A stretch of 64,000 nucleotides of DNA from the IMG/VR virus record IMGVR_UViG_3300021387_000199, positions 1-64,000 of that record; one strand, written 5' to 3'. Shown here one piece after another: positions 27,261 to 39,375 of the stretch (position 1 is the stretch's first letter; each line of letters starts with the position of its first letter). The translations under genes were made by a program, and so were the position numbers. The DNA comes from a virus. Taxonomy: Duplodnaviria > Caudoviricetes. The notes under the pieces are model-generated. The model worked only from the letters and a program-made list of their open reading frames with translations. It ran no database searches and had not been told where the DNA came from.

Positions 27261-27497
27261 TTACTTGTTTTTGGGGTTATTATCCATCCATTCCTTAAAA
27301 GCCTTGGCGGTCTTATCTTTCTCAAAAAGCATGACAATCACGTCGTTTCCCTTCGCGTCAGGACTCCCGCCGTAAATGTCTACCGGCTGTATACCGTACT
27401 TGCAGATATAAAGACATTGAAGTCTTCGATCTGCGACTCTCGCCAAGCTTCTCAAGTTGTAGGCCTTGCCCGTTAGCGGGCTTGTGTATTTATCCAT
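27261..27497 (-). CDS. Hypothetical protein
   Basis: Intact 78-aa ORF with GGAGG RBS. Confidence 0.7.
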   Translation of the reverse strand: MDKYTSPLTGKAYNLRSLARVADRRLQCLYICKYGIQPVDIYGGSPDAKGNDVIVMLFEKDKTAKAFKEWMDNNPKNK

Positions 27498-27663
27498 ATC
27501 CGTTTATCCTCCGTAATAAATAGAAAAGAGCGGTGTGACCCGTTCTAATCTGCAACTAAATCGAAAAAATAGGGTCCCTACAGCCTTTATCCAAAGCGGT
27601 AGGAACCCTACAGTATTTTTAATGTGAACGCCTTTTATAATTGGTTCATCTACACTTTAGATA

Positions 27664-27936
27664 TTAATTCTCTGTGTCTGCCGGAGCCGGTGAAACACTA
27701 AAGAGGTCTTTGATCTGAGCCTTAATATCTTCATTGAATTTTTCCAGTTCGGAAAGATCGAGTTCATTGAGCATTTCCTTCTTTCCCTCATCAGACATAG
27801 AAGAGGACATCACCTCAAAAATGTCATGACAATTCTGGGATTCAAAAATAGCCTTCCAACTCGGGGTTTCAGGATTACAGCCCTTGCAGTATTCATATAT
27901 CTTTCCGCATACAAGACACTTTCTTTTCGTAACCAT
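27664..27936 (-). CDS. Hypothetical zinc-binding protein
   Basis: CxxC...CxxC; RBS; next to major tail gene. Confidence 0.7.
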   Translation of the reverse strand: MVTKRKCLVCGKIYEYCKGCNPETPSWKAIFESQNCHDIFEVMSSSMSDEGKKEMLNELDLSELEKFNEDIKAQIKDLFSVSPAPADTEN

Positions 27937-28014
27937 TCCTTTTCCTCCTTAAAATAGAATAGAGGGGTAGAGGAACTTCCCCTATACCCCTCAGAAAGTC
28001 AGGTTAGATTACGA

Positions 28015-28824
28015 TCAGATCTTCTCCTGCTCAAGATCATCATCAGCCCATGTCAGGATGTACAGAGCCTTGTCATCAGAGCAGTAGTCAACCTGAGCAT
28101 CACCAGTGAAATCGAAGGTCGAATCTGTGGTCAGCTCAAAACTTACCTATGGTGACGGCTGAAAACTGGGGAACTGCACATACAGAGCCTTAAGTTCTCC
28201 CAGATGGCACGGATCGACAGCGAGGCACTTAAGGGTGAGCTTCACCGTGCTCGGGAAGTCGTCCGCAGAGTTAACAACCTTAATACCCTTGGTGACCGTA
28301 CGGTCATAGGACATCAGATACTTCGTAACATCAGCATCCGGACTTGTCGGAGCAACAAACTTATCATCGGTGATCGCAAACGCCTTCGCGGCCGCAGCGG
28401 AACCCAGAGTATAGGTCTCAACGATAGAGTTGTTGTTGTTAACACCAGCGACAGAAATCGTTCCCTCGACCAGATCGCCAAGGTCATAACCGACAGCATC
28501 AGCCTTCTTCAGGACGACAACCTTCGGGGCGACAAAGCTCGAATTGGAATCATTAGCGATAGACTTCGCATGATCACCAGACTGACCCGCAATGGTGTTC
28601 AGGTCCAGGAGCGCGTTCGTCGCAGAGAAGGTAGCAGCCTTGGACTGATAGAATCTCTTAATCAGCGTCCCGTTAGCGTCAACAGCGTCACGGGTATCAG
28701 CAGTCGTATCAACAGTAGCAGTATTCAGCTGAGTCAGGGTATACAGAAGAGAGTCATCAACAAGAGACTCCGCGACCGCAATCTGGATGCGGTCGATCAC
28801 GACACCGTTAAGGTTAAAAGCCAT
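28015..28824 (-). CDS. Major tail tube protein, 269 aa
   Basis: Highly biased codon usage, position in tail module, reads through TAG at 28147 (FQPSP*VSFELTTD) to TGA. Confidence 0.75.
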
Positions 28825-28901
28825 AGCAATATCCTCCTTTACAATAATTATTTTTTGAGTAATAAAAAACCGCCGGGATTACCCGACGGATATCAACCAG
28901 C

Positions 28902-29672
28902 TTAAATTTCTCTAAACCAATTAAGCTATTTTTCCGTATCAATTTTCGACGTATCCAAGAAGCCTGAGTACATCCCTTGCATCAAGGACTCAGTAGACTT
29001 CCAGATTTGGAATCTTGACACGTACTCCATGAATTCGACGATGTTACACTACTTCAGTTCGGACTTCTTATACTTGAAGCCCGGTGTGATTAACATCGTT
29101 GAAATCAGAGAAAATAAATAGGAAGAAGATTCTTTCTCCTTCCCCATACGAACCATTCTCTAATGGTTCCGAATATTCATGCGATCTTCGTCTATAATCG
29201 CCAATTTCGTCTGCTTACCACGAGCCTTTTCCAGCTTAGGATACTGATTAAGAGCCATACGGATATATTCGCGCATAGCGATATATGTAGCTCTATCTAT
29301 TACCGTGTCCGTTGCAGGGTCATAAAGAACCCGCTCCTCGGTATCTTTTCTCATCATCAGTTGAAGCCTGGTGAAGTCGAATCTACCGAAGACAATACAG
29401 GTGATTTCCGGCGGGACTGAAGGCATAAGCATACAGAAGAGATCGAAATCATCGATCTAATTCCAGTCAACACCCAAATCCCAGAGTTGAAGCCTGTACG
29501 TAGTAGGGTTTCCGACAAATGGTGCAACAGCCTCGAAGAAGTACTTCTCCCCGAAGTCGACGATGTCGCCAACTGAACATTCGTATATAGTGATTGCTTC
29601 ATTTATGACATAGTTCTCCCCGAAGAACATTTTCAACTTGTCATAACCACAGTCAATCGGCGGCTCAGTCAC
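28902..29672 (-). CDS. Tail assembly-associated hypothetical protein, 256 aa
   Basis: Fragments 29457-29672 and 29160-29432 are in one frame and joined by TAGs; TAA stop. Confidence 0.7.
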
Positions 29673-29688
29673 GGTCGTTTATACTCCC

Positions 29689-30243
29689 TTAGTCAAACCG
29701 AACCTTATTTACGACATTCCCCAGATTCGAGTAACCATTCGGGGTTGTTTGCTCGAAGATCAGAGTACGAAGGACATATTTGTTACTATCCACCGCATAG
29801 GGTCTGTCGCTTACAAGATGTACCTGAAAACCAAAATCGTTAGACCAGTCAAACTCGTCCTGGATAAGAGCGGCAATCAAGTCATGCCGGGCTATTCCGG
29901 TCTCACGGTCATAGATGTTCTTAGGGTCGGCCAGAATGTAGAAAATAATCTGCTGATACTTCTGAGTCGCGTTACCCCGCGGCTGCTCGGTCATCGAAGT
30001 CTCGAAGCAGATAATATTCTGAGCTTGAGTCTTAACCTCAGGAAGGACGTAATACGGAATAATGTACTTACCCACATAAGCGTCCGGGTCTTCCTCAGGA
30101 TCCAAGTCCGGCGCATCAAGCGCGGTCAGAATCAGCGGGTTATTCACCAGCTTCTTCTTGATAATCTCCTTATAGAAGATATTCTCGCGCCCATTCTACT
30201 TCTTGTACTGGATCATCTCTTTAATCTTCTCAAAATTCTGCAT
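29689..30243 (-). CDS. Tail terminator/completion-like protein, 184 aa
   Basis: ATG 30243 after GGAGGTG, one TAG; RHDLIAALIQDEFDWS motif; neck-module position. Confidence 0.65.
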
Positions 30244-30256
30244 GAGGCACCTCCTC

Positions 30257-31492
30257 TCACATATAGATTATGTCAAAGGATTCTTCGCCCTGAACTTCGG
30301 AATCTTCGACGGTAACAGTACAAGTCGCTATTATCCGTCGCCCGACATAGGAGTCGTCTCCTAAGAATTTCACCTTGATCTTATTATCTGCTGCGCCGGG
30401 CTTCGTTTCTACCTCAGCTTCAGTTCCGTCATCCATCCTGAATGACCAGTTATAAGAATCTGCCGGAATCTCTTCCCCTTCTTCTGTGAAGTAGGTAGCG
30501 GTCAACGTTTTAAACGCCCCGCCGATCTTGAAGAGAGCAGTAGTAGAAGACACTACAACTGAGCCGATTGGTACGATGGGTTCCTGAGATTCAGAATCAT
30601 CTGTCTCAGGAGTAGCCGGAAACTTAAAGTAATCAGCATACATCCGCCAATGATCCGGGTCAGATTTGTCTATATAATCGGTTTTGGGATTAAACTGATC
30701 CTGATAAAGATTAATGCCTACAACACCGCGAGGAACCGTGTTTTCAACCTTGGAAATCTGCCAAGTAAGTGGAACATCCATTGGCATACTCAAAATAACG
30801 CGCTGATTATAAAAAAGCTCATTCGAAACACTATTCCAGGGCAGCACAATCTTAGACTGATTCTATGGAACCGTGGTTTTGTCCCAAGAATAGATACCGC
30901 TGTTGTATGCCGGGTTAGTCCTTTGGGCACCCCACATGGAACGTCTAAAACGTCCATCAGGGTTGTTTGCAATCCAATCAAGTTGATGATTACATCTGAC
31001 AACACCAAATTTCGGAAATTGATTAGCAACGTCTTCGTATACAACTAACCATCGCTGGTATACACCTCTATCATCTGGAATATCCACGTAGAGCCCCACC
31101 GGATAGTGGATACCGTGACGTTTGTAATCATCGAAATAAGTAGGAACGATTGTCTGGTTTTCAGGATCCTCAACCACTCTATTCCAATCCGACATAGTGA
31201 ACTGAATATAGTAATCAGGATCATCTTTGGCTAACGATTTATAAGATTTGATCAGAAACTTTAGCTTAACAGGAGTCTTGGCGGAACCTTCTGGCGGGAC
31301 GTACCCGGCCCCAAACTCACATAAATCTCTTGTTGTTGGATCATCATGGAAATAATCATATATATAACAGAGACGTGTGGTAGGATCTAAATCAAAGGTT
31401 TCATCCATTATACGGTCGGCCTAAGCTTTGATCTGTTTACCGATCATAGCCTGAGCTCCGTAATAATTCTTTAAAGCGCTCAGAGATGCCAT
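30257..31492 (-). CDS. Head-closure/adaptor-like protein with C-terminal Ig-like region, 411 aa
   Basis: Two same-frame fragments joined at TAG 30863; ATG 31492 with RBS. Confidence 0.65.
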
Positions 31493-31493
31493 A

Positions 31494-31826
31494 TCACACC
31501 TCCTTTAGTTTCCCGATCTCAGCCCCGGCGGTAAGGATGCAATTTCTATACGTAGAGAAATCAAAGTCCCCCCTCATATACTAATCCTTAGCAGACTCGA
31601 GCCAGCTCATACAGCTGACTACCTCGGGCTGACATAATAGTAACTCATTCATGCCGCCTAAACGGCAGAGCAAGTTAGTAAACGTTTTTTCAACATTTAC
31701 CCCTGGATAATTCGCCGAGGTTTCAGGATCCACGGCAAGGAGCAAGAAGAAAATAGAACTCCTAAGCCGTTTCTTTTCCTCCGCGATCTGTTTGGGCTTA
31801 AATTCGCCGTCGTATTTGTGTAACAT
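31494..31826 (-). CDS. Hypothetical neck-region protein, 110 aa
   Basis: Reads through TAG 31581 to a TGA abutting the next start. Confidence 0.7.
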
Positions 31827-31830
31827 AGAG

Positions 31831-32283
31831 TTATCCTTCTACAGCGGCGTTAAAGAACCCGTGATCTCTTATGAAACGTTTAAGCTACACCTCGCGGCGC
31901 TTAAGCTGCGCAATGTTTACGCTCAACGTATTCTTCAGAGCTTTTTCTTCTTTTCCGCCGACGATGTACGGAGTGAGTGAAACAGAATTATCCACTTGTG
32001 GATACATCCACTCGATCACCATCGCCTGTACGATCACGTCTTCTACGAAAGCGTCCTCTGAAGCGGAATCACCACTGTTTATCCGCGTCCTGAGGACGTA
32101 AGATACTTCTTCGAAATCGTCGTCCTGAGAGACAGAAGAGAAGAGTCTGCGGACCTCAGGTCTCGCTAAACCTCTTCTCAAATAGTCCCCAAGGATAGAT
32201 TTCCTGTCTTTATTAGACATGGCTAATAGCGAAGGATCCTTTACGCGAGAGAGGAAGCTTCCATAGATATCATTGTATTCCAT
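31831..32283 (-). CDS. Head-tail connector-like protein, 150 aa
   Basis: MEYNDIYGSFLSRVKD start typical of adaptors; TAG 31885 read through to TAA. Confidence 0.65.
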
Positions 32284-32302
32284 AACGGCTTCCTCCTTTC
32301 TA

Positions 32303-32986
32303 TTACCCGAGGAAATCCATTAAACACGTTCCCGTAATATCATCAATCATCTTAATCTTCTGGATTTCAGGATAATTTTCAGCCTTGATCATGGACGTAG
32401 CTGTAACCTGAATGATTGAACGAACAGTACGGTTACCCGTTCTTAAAAGCTCTTCGAACGTCTTGTCTGGAAGACGGAACAGCTCCTCGGGATAATCAAC
32501 CCCGATGAACGGTTTATAGGCTTCAGCAAGGTCTTTCCCCCACTGAGCAACAAGATCCTGATCCTGAATAAGGACAAGAGGCTCCTTGACAATGTCTTTG
32601 GTTCTCCAGGAAAGAAGATCGCCGTAGCGCACATCCTCCTCGTCGCCCCAACCTTCCCATGTATATACACGGCTATGGTCGCTAGAATCCATAATCAACT
32701 TCCACGGTGTAACTGATACACACGTAATCATGTCTTCAGACGAAAACTTCTTCGTAGGTCTCTTTGTTTCAGGTTTCTTAATAGGATTCTTCTTCGTCTC
32801 CTCAATAGCTTCAGACATCTGCTTTGGTTCAGGCTTTTTCTAAAAATGCTTACGAGCAATAGCAATCATGTCATCGGACGCCACCTGAAGATGAGAAGAA
32901 ACCTTATTAAATCCAGCCTCATTCAAATAAGCGATCAAATCTTTATTCTTAACGCCTAGTTCTTTTGATAATTCATTAATTTTCAT
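32303..32986 (-). CDS. Phage protein with N-terminal IF2_N-like domain, 227 aa
   Basis: MKINELSKELGVKNKDLIAYLNEAGFNKVSSHL joined by one TAG to the 171-aa ORF. Confidence 0.7.
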
Positions 32987-33021
32987 TGTCCATTTTTCCC
33001 CTTTTTCTTATCAGAATAAGA

Positions 33022-33703
33022 TCAGCCCGTGATCTTAATCTCACCAAACAGCTGATTAACAACGGTTCCGATACCTTCCTGGTACTGGATCTCACCGTCA
33101 ACTGTCATATCCTTCTTACCACCGTCCGTACCAGTCTCATAGTAAGCAACATCTCCCTCATTAATGAGCTTGATCGGCTTATCAGAGTTCTTCGGCATGA
33201 TCAGAATCTTATTGTTGTCGCTCTGAGAGAACACATTGGTGCGAGTTCCGGCCTTGTTAACCCTCTTCAGCGGAAGAAGATCATAACCTTCCCAGCTACC
33301 GAGCATACCATTCTCATGGCGCTCCTGCTTCATCTCATTCGACCAAATATTGTAACTAACGGTATTCTCAAGCTTCAGAAGAGCAGCCTTAGTACCGACA
33401 AGCGTTACATCCTAACCAGTCACGGAAGTGATGAATTCACAATGCTCAACAATCGCCTGACGAGTATTCTCGGAAACAGCAGTCTGAAGAATCATATCTG
33501 TCGGCAGAGCCTGATCAACAGCCATAAACGCTGTGAACAGAGCATCCCAACGATTCGCTTCGATGGAACGATACATACGATCAACCATCTCCGCAAAATC
33601 AATACGACCAAGCATCATCAGCTCGAAGTCAGCATAAACCTTGATGACATACCAGCTAGTCTCAATTGAGAAAGCCTTACCCGGCTTAAGAGCCTGTCTA
33701 ACA
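33022..33703 (-). CDS. Major capsid protein, exon 2
   Basis: (V)VRQALKPGKAFSIETSWYVIKVYADFE... through TAG 33412 to TGA; spliced product ~367 aa. Confidence 0.85.
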
Positions 33704-34838
33704 CCTTCTGTTTAACTTATATTATTCCCTATTAATAAACTTCCAATGATAACCACCACAAGTATGACGTTCACCTTTACACACCTTAAGAATACAACTG
33801 CCGTCCAGAGATAATTCTTTTCCAGCCGCCGTAGCGTCCTGATATGTCTTTCCTGATTCCACGCAAAGAACAGGAGTAGTATTTCTTCTCCAAGAAACTG
33901 TGCCCATTTTCTTCTCGCTCATTTTCCTTTTGGATTCTTCAGTGTGGTGTCTGCCATACATTCCATTATTTTCACCCATTATCTTCGCTTTTATAGAGGG
34001 ATCAGCCCATTGTTTAAGAGCATTTTCGCTCTGTATTTTCCTTCTATTAGGATCGGAATAGGTCTTTTTAATTGACACACTCATCTTATTCTTAAGTTCA
34101 TCAGAAAAAGAGTTGAAATCCTGACCTCCAGATTTAAGGTTGTATCCTTTATCTCTATCCAATGTGCCATATTTCTCAATGTAATATCTTTCTTTATCAT
34201 TGAGCTATGTTTCGCCACATTCTTCTAAGATATAAAATAAGAACATTTCCTATCCATACTTTATCCACGACTTCTGAAGATAATCGTTATGATGTAAACC
34301 CATATTTAATTCGGAGATGTGTCTTCTCCATCGATCAGCTATGTTTGTAGACTGACCAATATACTTTTTATTATTTACAGCATTTTCAATACAATATATG
34401 CCGCTAATCACTTTTTCCATATTAATCACTTTCTTTATTAGGGAATAATTTTATAGGGTCGCTACACCCCGTCGAGTTAATAACTCCACAAGCTTTTACT
34501 TGTGAGTAGACTATATCTTCCTCTATAAAAGAGGCGCACCATTTCCGATTAAGGGAATTTCACCCGCCCGCTTGGGCCGTACTCCTGTTGTGGTTTCCCA
34601 CCTATGGGATAGTCGTTGAACCTTCCTCTATTCGAGGCTTGGCTGCTGATTTCCTATTCTCAAAAGCACTTAGGATTTAACCTTATGCTATCCAACTGAT
34701 TCTTTCTACTTTCGTAACCATCACACTTAGGCATATTTCATCCTTATGTTGTGGTTCAGTTGGCTTTAAGGGTTTCCAGCAGTTAAATGCGTATTTTTTC
34801 ATGCCGCTCTTGCGACACGGACGCTATTAGACAAGTTA
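33704..34838 (-). mobile_element. Group I intron (IA-like) in major capsid gene
   Basis: Exon ends in U and intron ends in G; P1 GACGU/GCGUC with U.G pair; P10 UCUAAUA/UGUUAGA; core P (AACUGCUGGAAA), Q (AAUCAGCAG), R (UCAACGACUA) and S (AAGAUAUAGUC) elements. Confidence 0.92.
33722..34420 (-). CDS. GIY-YIG homing endonuclease with NUMOD3/NUMOD1-type repeats, 232 aa
   Basis: SGIYCIEN...KKYIGQS; HHTEESKRKMS; CGGYHWK; TAGs at 34250 and 34205. Confidence 0.9.
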
Positions 34839-35260
34839 ACGTCATGGTGATTTCCAGCAAACTTAGACACTGTAAGCAGAGAATCATCAGTTACCCAGAA
34901 CTGATTCAGATCGCCATCAGCGATGTTGATCTGCTCAACATACTCCTGGAAGAACGCATTGTTGGCATTCCAACCAGAGGTCATGCGGTCAACAAGAACA
35001 CGCTCTACGAGAGAGTAAACTTCCGGGGCGTGAAGCCGACGAGCCTGTCTGCGCTCCATAGCACTAGCAGTCTTATAATCCTGAAGACCAAGGATAGCGT
35101 TAAACTGCTTTGTAATAGCCTTCTGCATCTCTTCGCGAGTATACTGAGAGTAATCACGGTTCGCAGCCTGATCAAGCATACTTTCGAAAGCAATAACGTT
35201 GTCAAGTTTTCCTTCAAACTGATTCATAACATGATCAGAAAAAGTCTTAAAAAGTTTCAT
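34839..35260 (-). CDS. Major capsid protein, exon 1
   Basis: MKLFKTFS...SKFAGNHHDV; AGGAGG RBS; joins exon 2 in frame. Confidence 0.85.
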
Positions 35261-35288
35261 AACTTATTCCTCCTTTCTTCAAGATTTA

Positions 35289-35912
35289 TTAGATCTGTAC
35301 ATTCTGAATGCACTGGATCCTGACAATGGTCGTAAGACCAATATTGTCATAAGCGATAGAATGAACCTTACCAATGAAACCATTGGTAGCGCCAGTTTCT
35401 CCAGCCATCTTCGGAGCAGTAGCGGTGGAAGCAACAGCAACCCACATTCCAGTTCCGTCCCAAGTTACATAGTTACCAACCTTGATGTTCGCCTTGGAAG
35501 CATCGGTAAACTGATAATCCGCAACAGCAAAGACCTCATGAGAATCATTGAGAACTTCATAAGCCTTAGACAGACGACCAGCCTTATTCGTGAACTTGGA
35601 CGGAATCTCGTCAGAAGCCACGCGGGCATCCTTCACGACTGCCGGGGTTCCGATGACAGCAATCTTATCACCAACACCAGCGATCTTCGCATAAACCTCC
35701 TGGAGGCCGTTGCCGGTGAAATCCTCAATCTTAACGGCAACACCGTTATCCACTTCAATCGGATCCTTTGTAGTTACAGCGTCCTGACCTTCGCCAGTGG
35801 TATGCGCTACATAAACCAGAGCGTCGTAGATTCTTCCTACGTCTGTGGCCTTAAGCCTAGAACTTTCGAAAATTCCATGGCGGCCATTAGCCTGACTATT
35901 TACATAAGCCAT
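35289..35912 (-). CDS. Capsid decoration/structural protein
   Basis: Intact 207-aa ORF between scaffold and capsid genes. Confidence 0.65.
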   Translation of the reverse strand: MAYVNSQANGRHGIFESSRLKATDVGRIYDALVYVAHTTGEGQDAVTTKDPIEVDNGVAVKIEDFTGNGLQEVYAKIAGVGDKIAVIGTPAVVKDARVASDEIPSKFTNKAGRLSKAYEVLNDSHEVFAVADYQFTDASKANIKVGNYVTWDGTGMWVAVASTATAPKMAGETGATNGFIGKVHSIAYDNIGLTTIVRIQCIQNVQI

Positions 35913-35994
35913 AGTTTTATTCCTCCTTCTTTATTATTTTTCACACACATAAAAAAGAGACGGTAATCCGCCTCTAATGTTCCCGTATTCAATA

Positions 35995-37605
35995 TTACTT
36001 TCTTCCCATCAATCCGTTCAGGAAGTCGTTCGTGTCATCATCCCTCTGAAGGAATGAGAATACCTTCGGCTGCTTCTTAGGCTGATCCTTCGGCTCTTCC
36101 TCAGCAAAATTCTGTTTCTTCGGCTTCGCGCCATCGAACTGAGCCGCAAACGCCAGCTCACACTGAGTCTTCAGTTCATCGAGAGAATAGTTCTCCTTGT
36201 TCTCTCTAAGAGTCTTAAACTCATTAGTGTCAGCGTATTCAGCGTACTTATCAGAATTCAGGATCTCATCTCGCTGAGCATTAAATTCGGCCAGCTCGTA
36301 CTTAGAAACCTTTTCCTGAAGAGAAGAGTAGTTAGCCCTCATTTCATTCAGAGATTCAAGTTCCTCGTCCGTCACGTATTCCGCGTGAAGAGCGTAGCGG
36401 TCACCATCAAGGTTCACGTTGTCGCCGTCTACGGTATACTTAGAACCCCAGATCTGATTAGACCAGAAACCGGAAGCGACAAACTTACCGTCGTATACCT
36501 TATCAATGAAATACCAGTCATTGTCTTCTTCATCCCAGCTAGAGATCAGGTTGTACAGCGCGTACCGGATATCCTCATGAGATATCTCAAAGTTGACGCT
36601 ATAGTTCAGCCCGTCACGAGTTCCTTCTCTATGGATAGAGTAATTCTCTTCTTCGGAAGAAGTGTTCTCGTTCTCTTCAGGCTGATTCTCGGTCTGGGAG
36701 TTTTCCTGAGTCTGAGCGTTTTCTTCAGTCTGAGTATTTTCTTCGTTCAGGTTTTCCTGAGTCTGAGTATTCTCTTCATTCTGATTCTATTCGTTCAGAT
36801 TCACGTTTTCATTTTCCATCGTGTTTTCCTCCTTCCTACTGTTTTTATTCAAACCTTCAAGGGTCTTCTGAAGCTCCTTGAAGGAATTGATCAGAGAATT
36901 CATCTGATCTTCTGAGAAGTTGATAGTGGGTTCCGGTTCACTATAGGCAAAGTCTTCCAGTTGGAGTTTACTACCAACCATACCTTCACCAACATCTTCG
37001 CCGAGAAGGCAACAGCCCGCCACCTCAACATCCGAAAGCTCCAGATACTTTTCCTTCGCGTTATAAGAGCAAGCATTGACCAGAAGTTCGACAGACACCT
37101 TAGTCCCACCTTTTCTCTCGATGATGTTAGCAGCGTGAGTATAATCCCTAGGGATAGCGCACTGAGCATACACGTAGCTCTTCTGATGGTCTTCATCGAA
37201 CTGGATATACGGATCCTTTGCTGTGAAGCAACCAACCTGTTTCTCGATGTATGTCACATTACCATCATCATCTATCTACATATCATGGGCATGGAAGTCT
37301 TCTTCGCCGCTTTCCTCATCTGTAACGATGCTCGCCAGAATGGGCTTATACTTAATGCCGGACAAACAGTTCTTTGCAGCTTCCTAAGTGACGGCACTCC
37401 CATTCCTATTTCTTCCGATGTGGAAGGCGCGGATAGTGGCGTAGAGCATAGTATCCGAGTCAGATTCAGTATCCTATTCAAACCGAGCCGGAACAAGAAC
37501 CCCGATCTTATAGCCGGATTCCTCAGAACTGAAATTTACATTTCGTTTCTTCTTCTCAAAGAAGGAATACAGATCATCCAAAGTCAGTATTTTCTTCCTC
37601 TGCAA
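35995..37605 (-). CDS. Prohead protease/scaffold protein, 536 aa
   Basis: TTG start after GGAGGTG; TKVSVEL...GCCLLG protease motifs; acidic N/E/Q repeat linker; several TAGs. Confidence 0.8.
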
Positions 37606-37623
37606 CCAGATCACCTCCTTTAC

Positions 37624-37818
37624 TTAAAAATTCAACTTGTTAGTAAACGCCGCCTTTTTAAGATCAGCGTCTCCAAAATTCAATTTAGAGTCATTGACAA
37701 ACGTCGCAGTCTTCCCGTCGTCGGCTATCATCATAAAGCCGAGAGAGAGGAGAGTCTGCCGGGTATGTCTGTCCTGAGTTTTAATGAATTTATATTTGTC
37801 AGTTACCTTTTCCATCAC
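37624..37818 (-). CDS. Small hypothetical protein
   Basis: 64-aa ORF overlapping the portal stop. Confidence 0.6.
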   Translation of the reverse strand: MMEKVTDKYKFIKTQDRHTRQTLLSLGFMMIADDGKTATFVNDSKLNFGDADLKKAAFTNKLNF

Positions 37819-39368
37819 TTATTCCCCTTATCCTCATTTTTACCGCTGTCTCTAGTGGAAATACCTTCAGGCGAAAGATCACCTTCGTCCTTTTCAGGAG
37901 CACCGCCTTCCCCAGACTGTGTATAGGAAGTCTGAAGCGGCTTCATATAATCCTGTATACCAAGAATGTCGTTTTCAAACCTGAGCTTGTTAATCGCGGT
38001 CAGCGGATCATCACCGAGAGCGACCAAATAGTCTACCTTGCTTCCGCCTAATGTCGCGGCTTCTTTCTTTTCCGCTACATAATCGTCATGGTTGTAGCGG
38101 GTAAGATCGAATATTTCTAAGCAACAGACTTCAGTGATATTCTTCTTAATGAAGAAATTCAGCCAGCTTTCGATCCTGCGAATCCAGATTGAAATCTTGC
38201 CAAGGTCATTGGCAATGGAATACTTGATACCATTGGCGTTAGACGAACTTCCTGAGCTGATGATCAGTTTGTTGATACCAGCGTTCGCAAACAGATTATT
38301 CATGGCGTTGCCAAGCTAATCAGTGTCCGCCGTAGAAGTAGACTTCTCGAAAGACACCACCTCAACATCACACGGGGTAGTGCCGACGCCAACGTTATTC
38401 GGGACAGCCTCTTCCTCCAGGGCCTGGAAATAATTGAGCATATCCAAAGACACCGCGAAGTCGTCCACGTCCTCAGTGTTCTTCAGGAACGGGATCTTGT
38501 TCAGAATCAGTTTATAATTCTGAAGCTCATTCTTGTTCGCGATTAAGGTTTCGGTATCCAGAAGCTGAAGCAGAGACTTAAACAGTGGCAGGAAATAGGG
38601 GAGCGGCATATAGAATTCATCAGAAGTAGTCGCGATGAAACAAGCGGTCAATTCCGGTGTGAGCTGGAACCACTGGTAATCACGGCCACCATTTTTATAA
38701 TTATTATATCCGTCTACAAAACACGGATCCCAGAGACCGGTGCCTTCGTCGTCACCTTCGGTCACGAAATCCTTATTATTTCCCTGATCAAAATAAGAAG
38801 CGTCGAAATAAACGATCCACTGACCTTCTGCGGTCTTACCGTAAATTCGGCAATACTTGACATCCAGAGGCATCAGGAACATCCCGTCTTCTTCAGAATT
38901 GTACATAAAGCCGACGAACATTCCGTCTCTGAGCATCTGAAAGATAATGTCGTTCATCTCCCCAGCAAGGTCAAAGCCGTGGAAGAGTTGTACCGTATGG
39001 TAGTACTCTTTGAGCTACTTATTGCTCATCGACTTCGTGAGGTCCGTGAGAGGGGTGATATTATATCTATACTCATACATCGACGCGTAGTATTGAAGCA
39101 TCAGTTTATACGGCATAGATACCCGCGTAAGAAAGCGCGAGATCTCGCGGATATTATCCAGGTTATTTAACGGAGACTGAGCATAAGTATCCAGAGATTC
39201 TCTGGTGTACTGGGTAAAAGTCTTCGTAAAGTTCTTAGAGGGATTACGCTGAAGTATCCTGTCAGAGATAGCTTGAAAGAATGTGGGGTCACCCTCCTGG
39301 GCACGATTCCTCTTCAGTTTATTATTGTTATTACTTCCCCAAAAATTTAAAATACCCGTAGCGATCAC
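37815..39368 (-). CDS. Portal protein, ~515 aa (start may be ACG at 39359)
   Basis: Three same-frame fragments joined by TAGs; PLQTSYTQSG C-terminal motif; follows terminase. Confidence 0.8.
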
Positions 39369-39375
39369 CTCCTTC

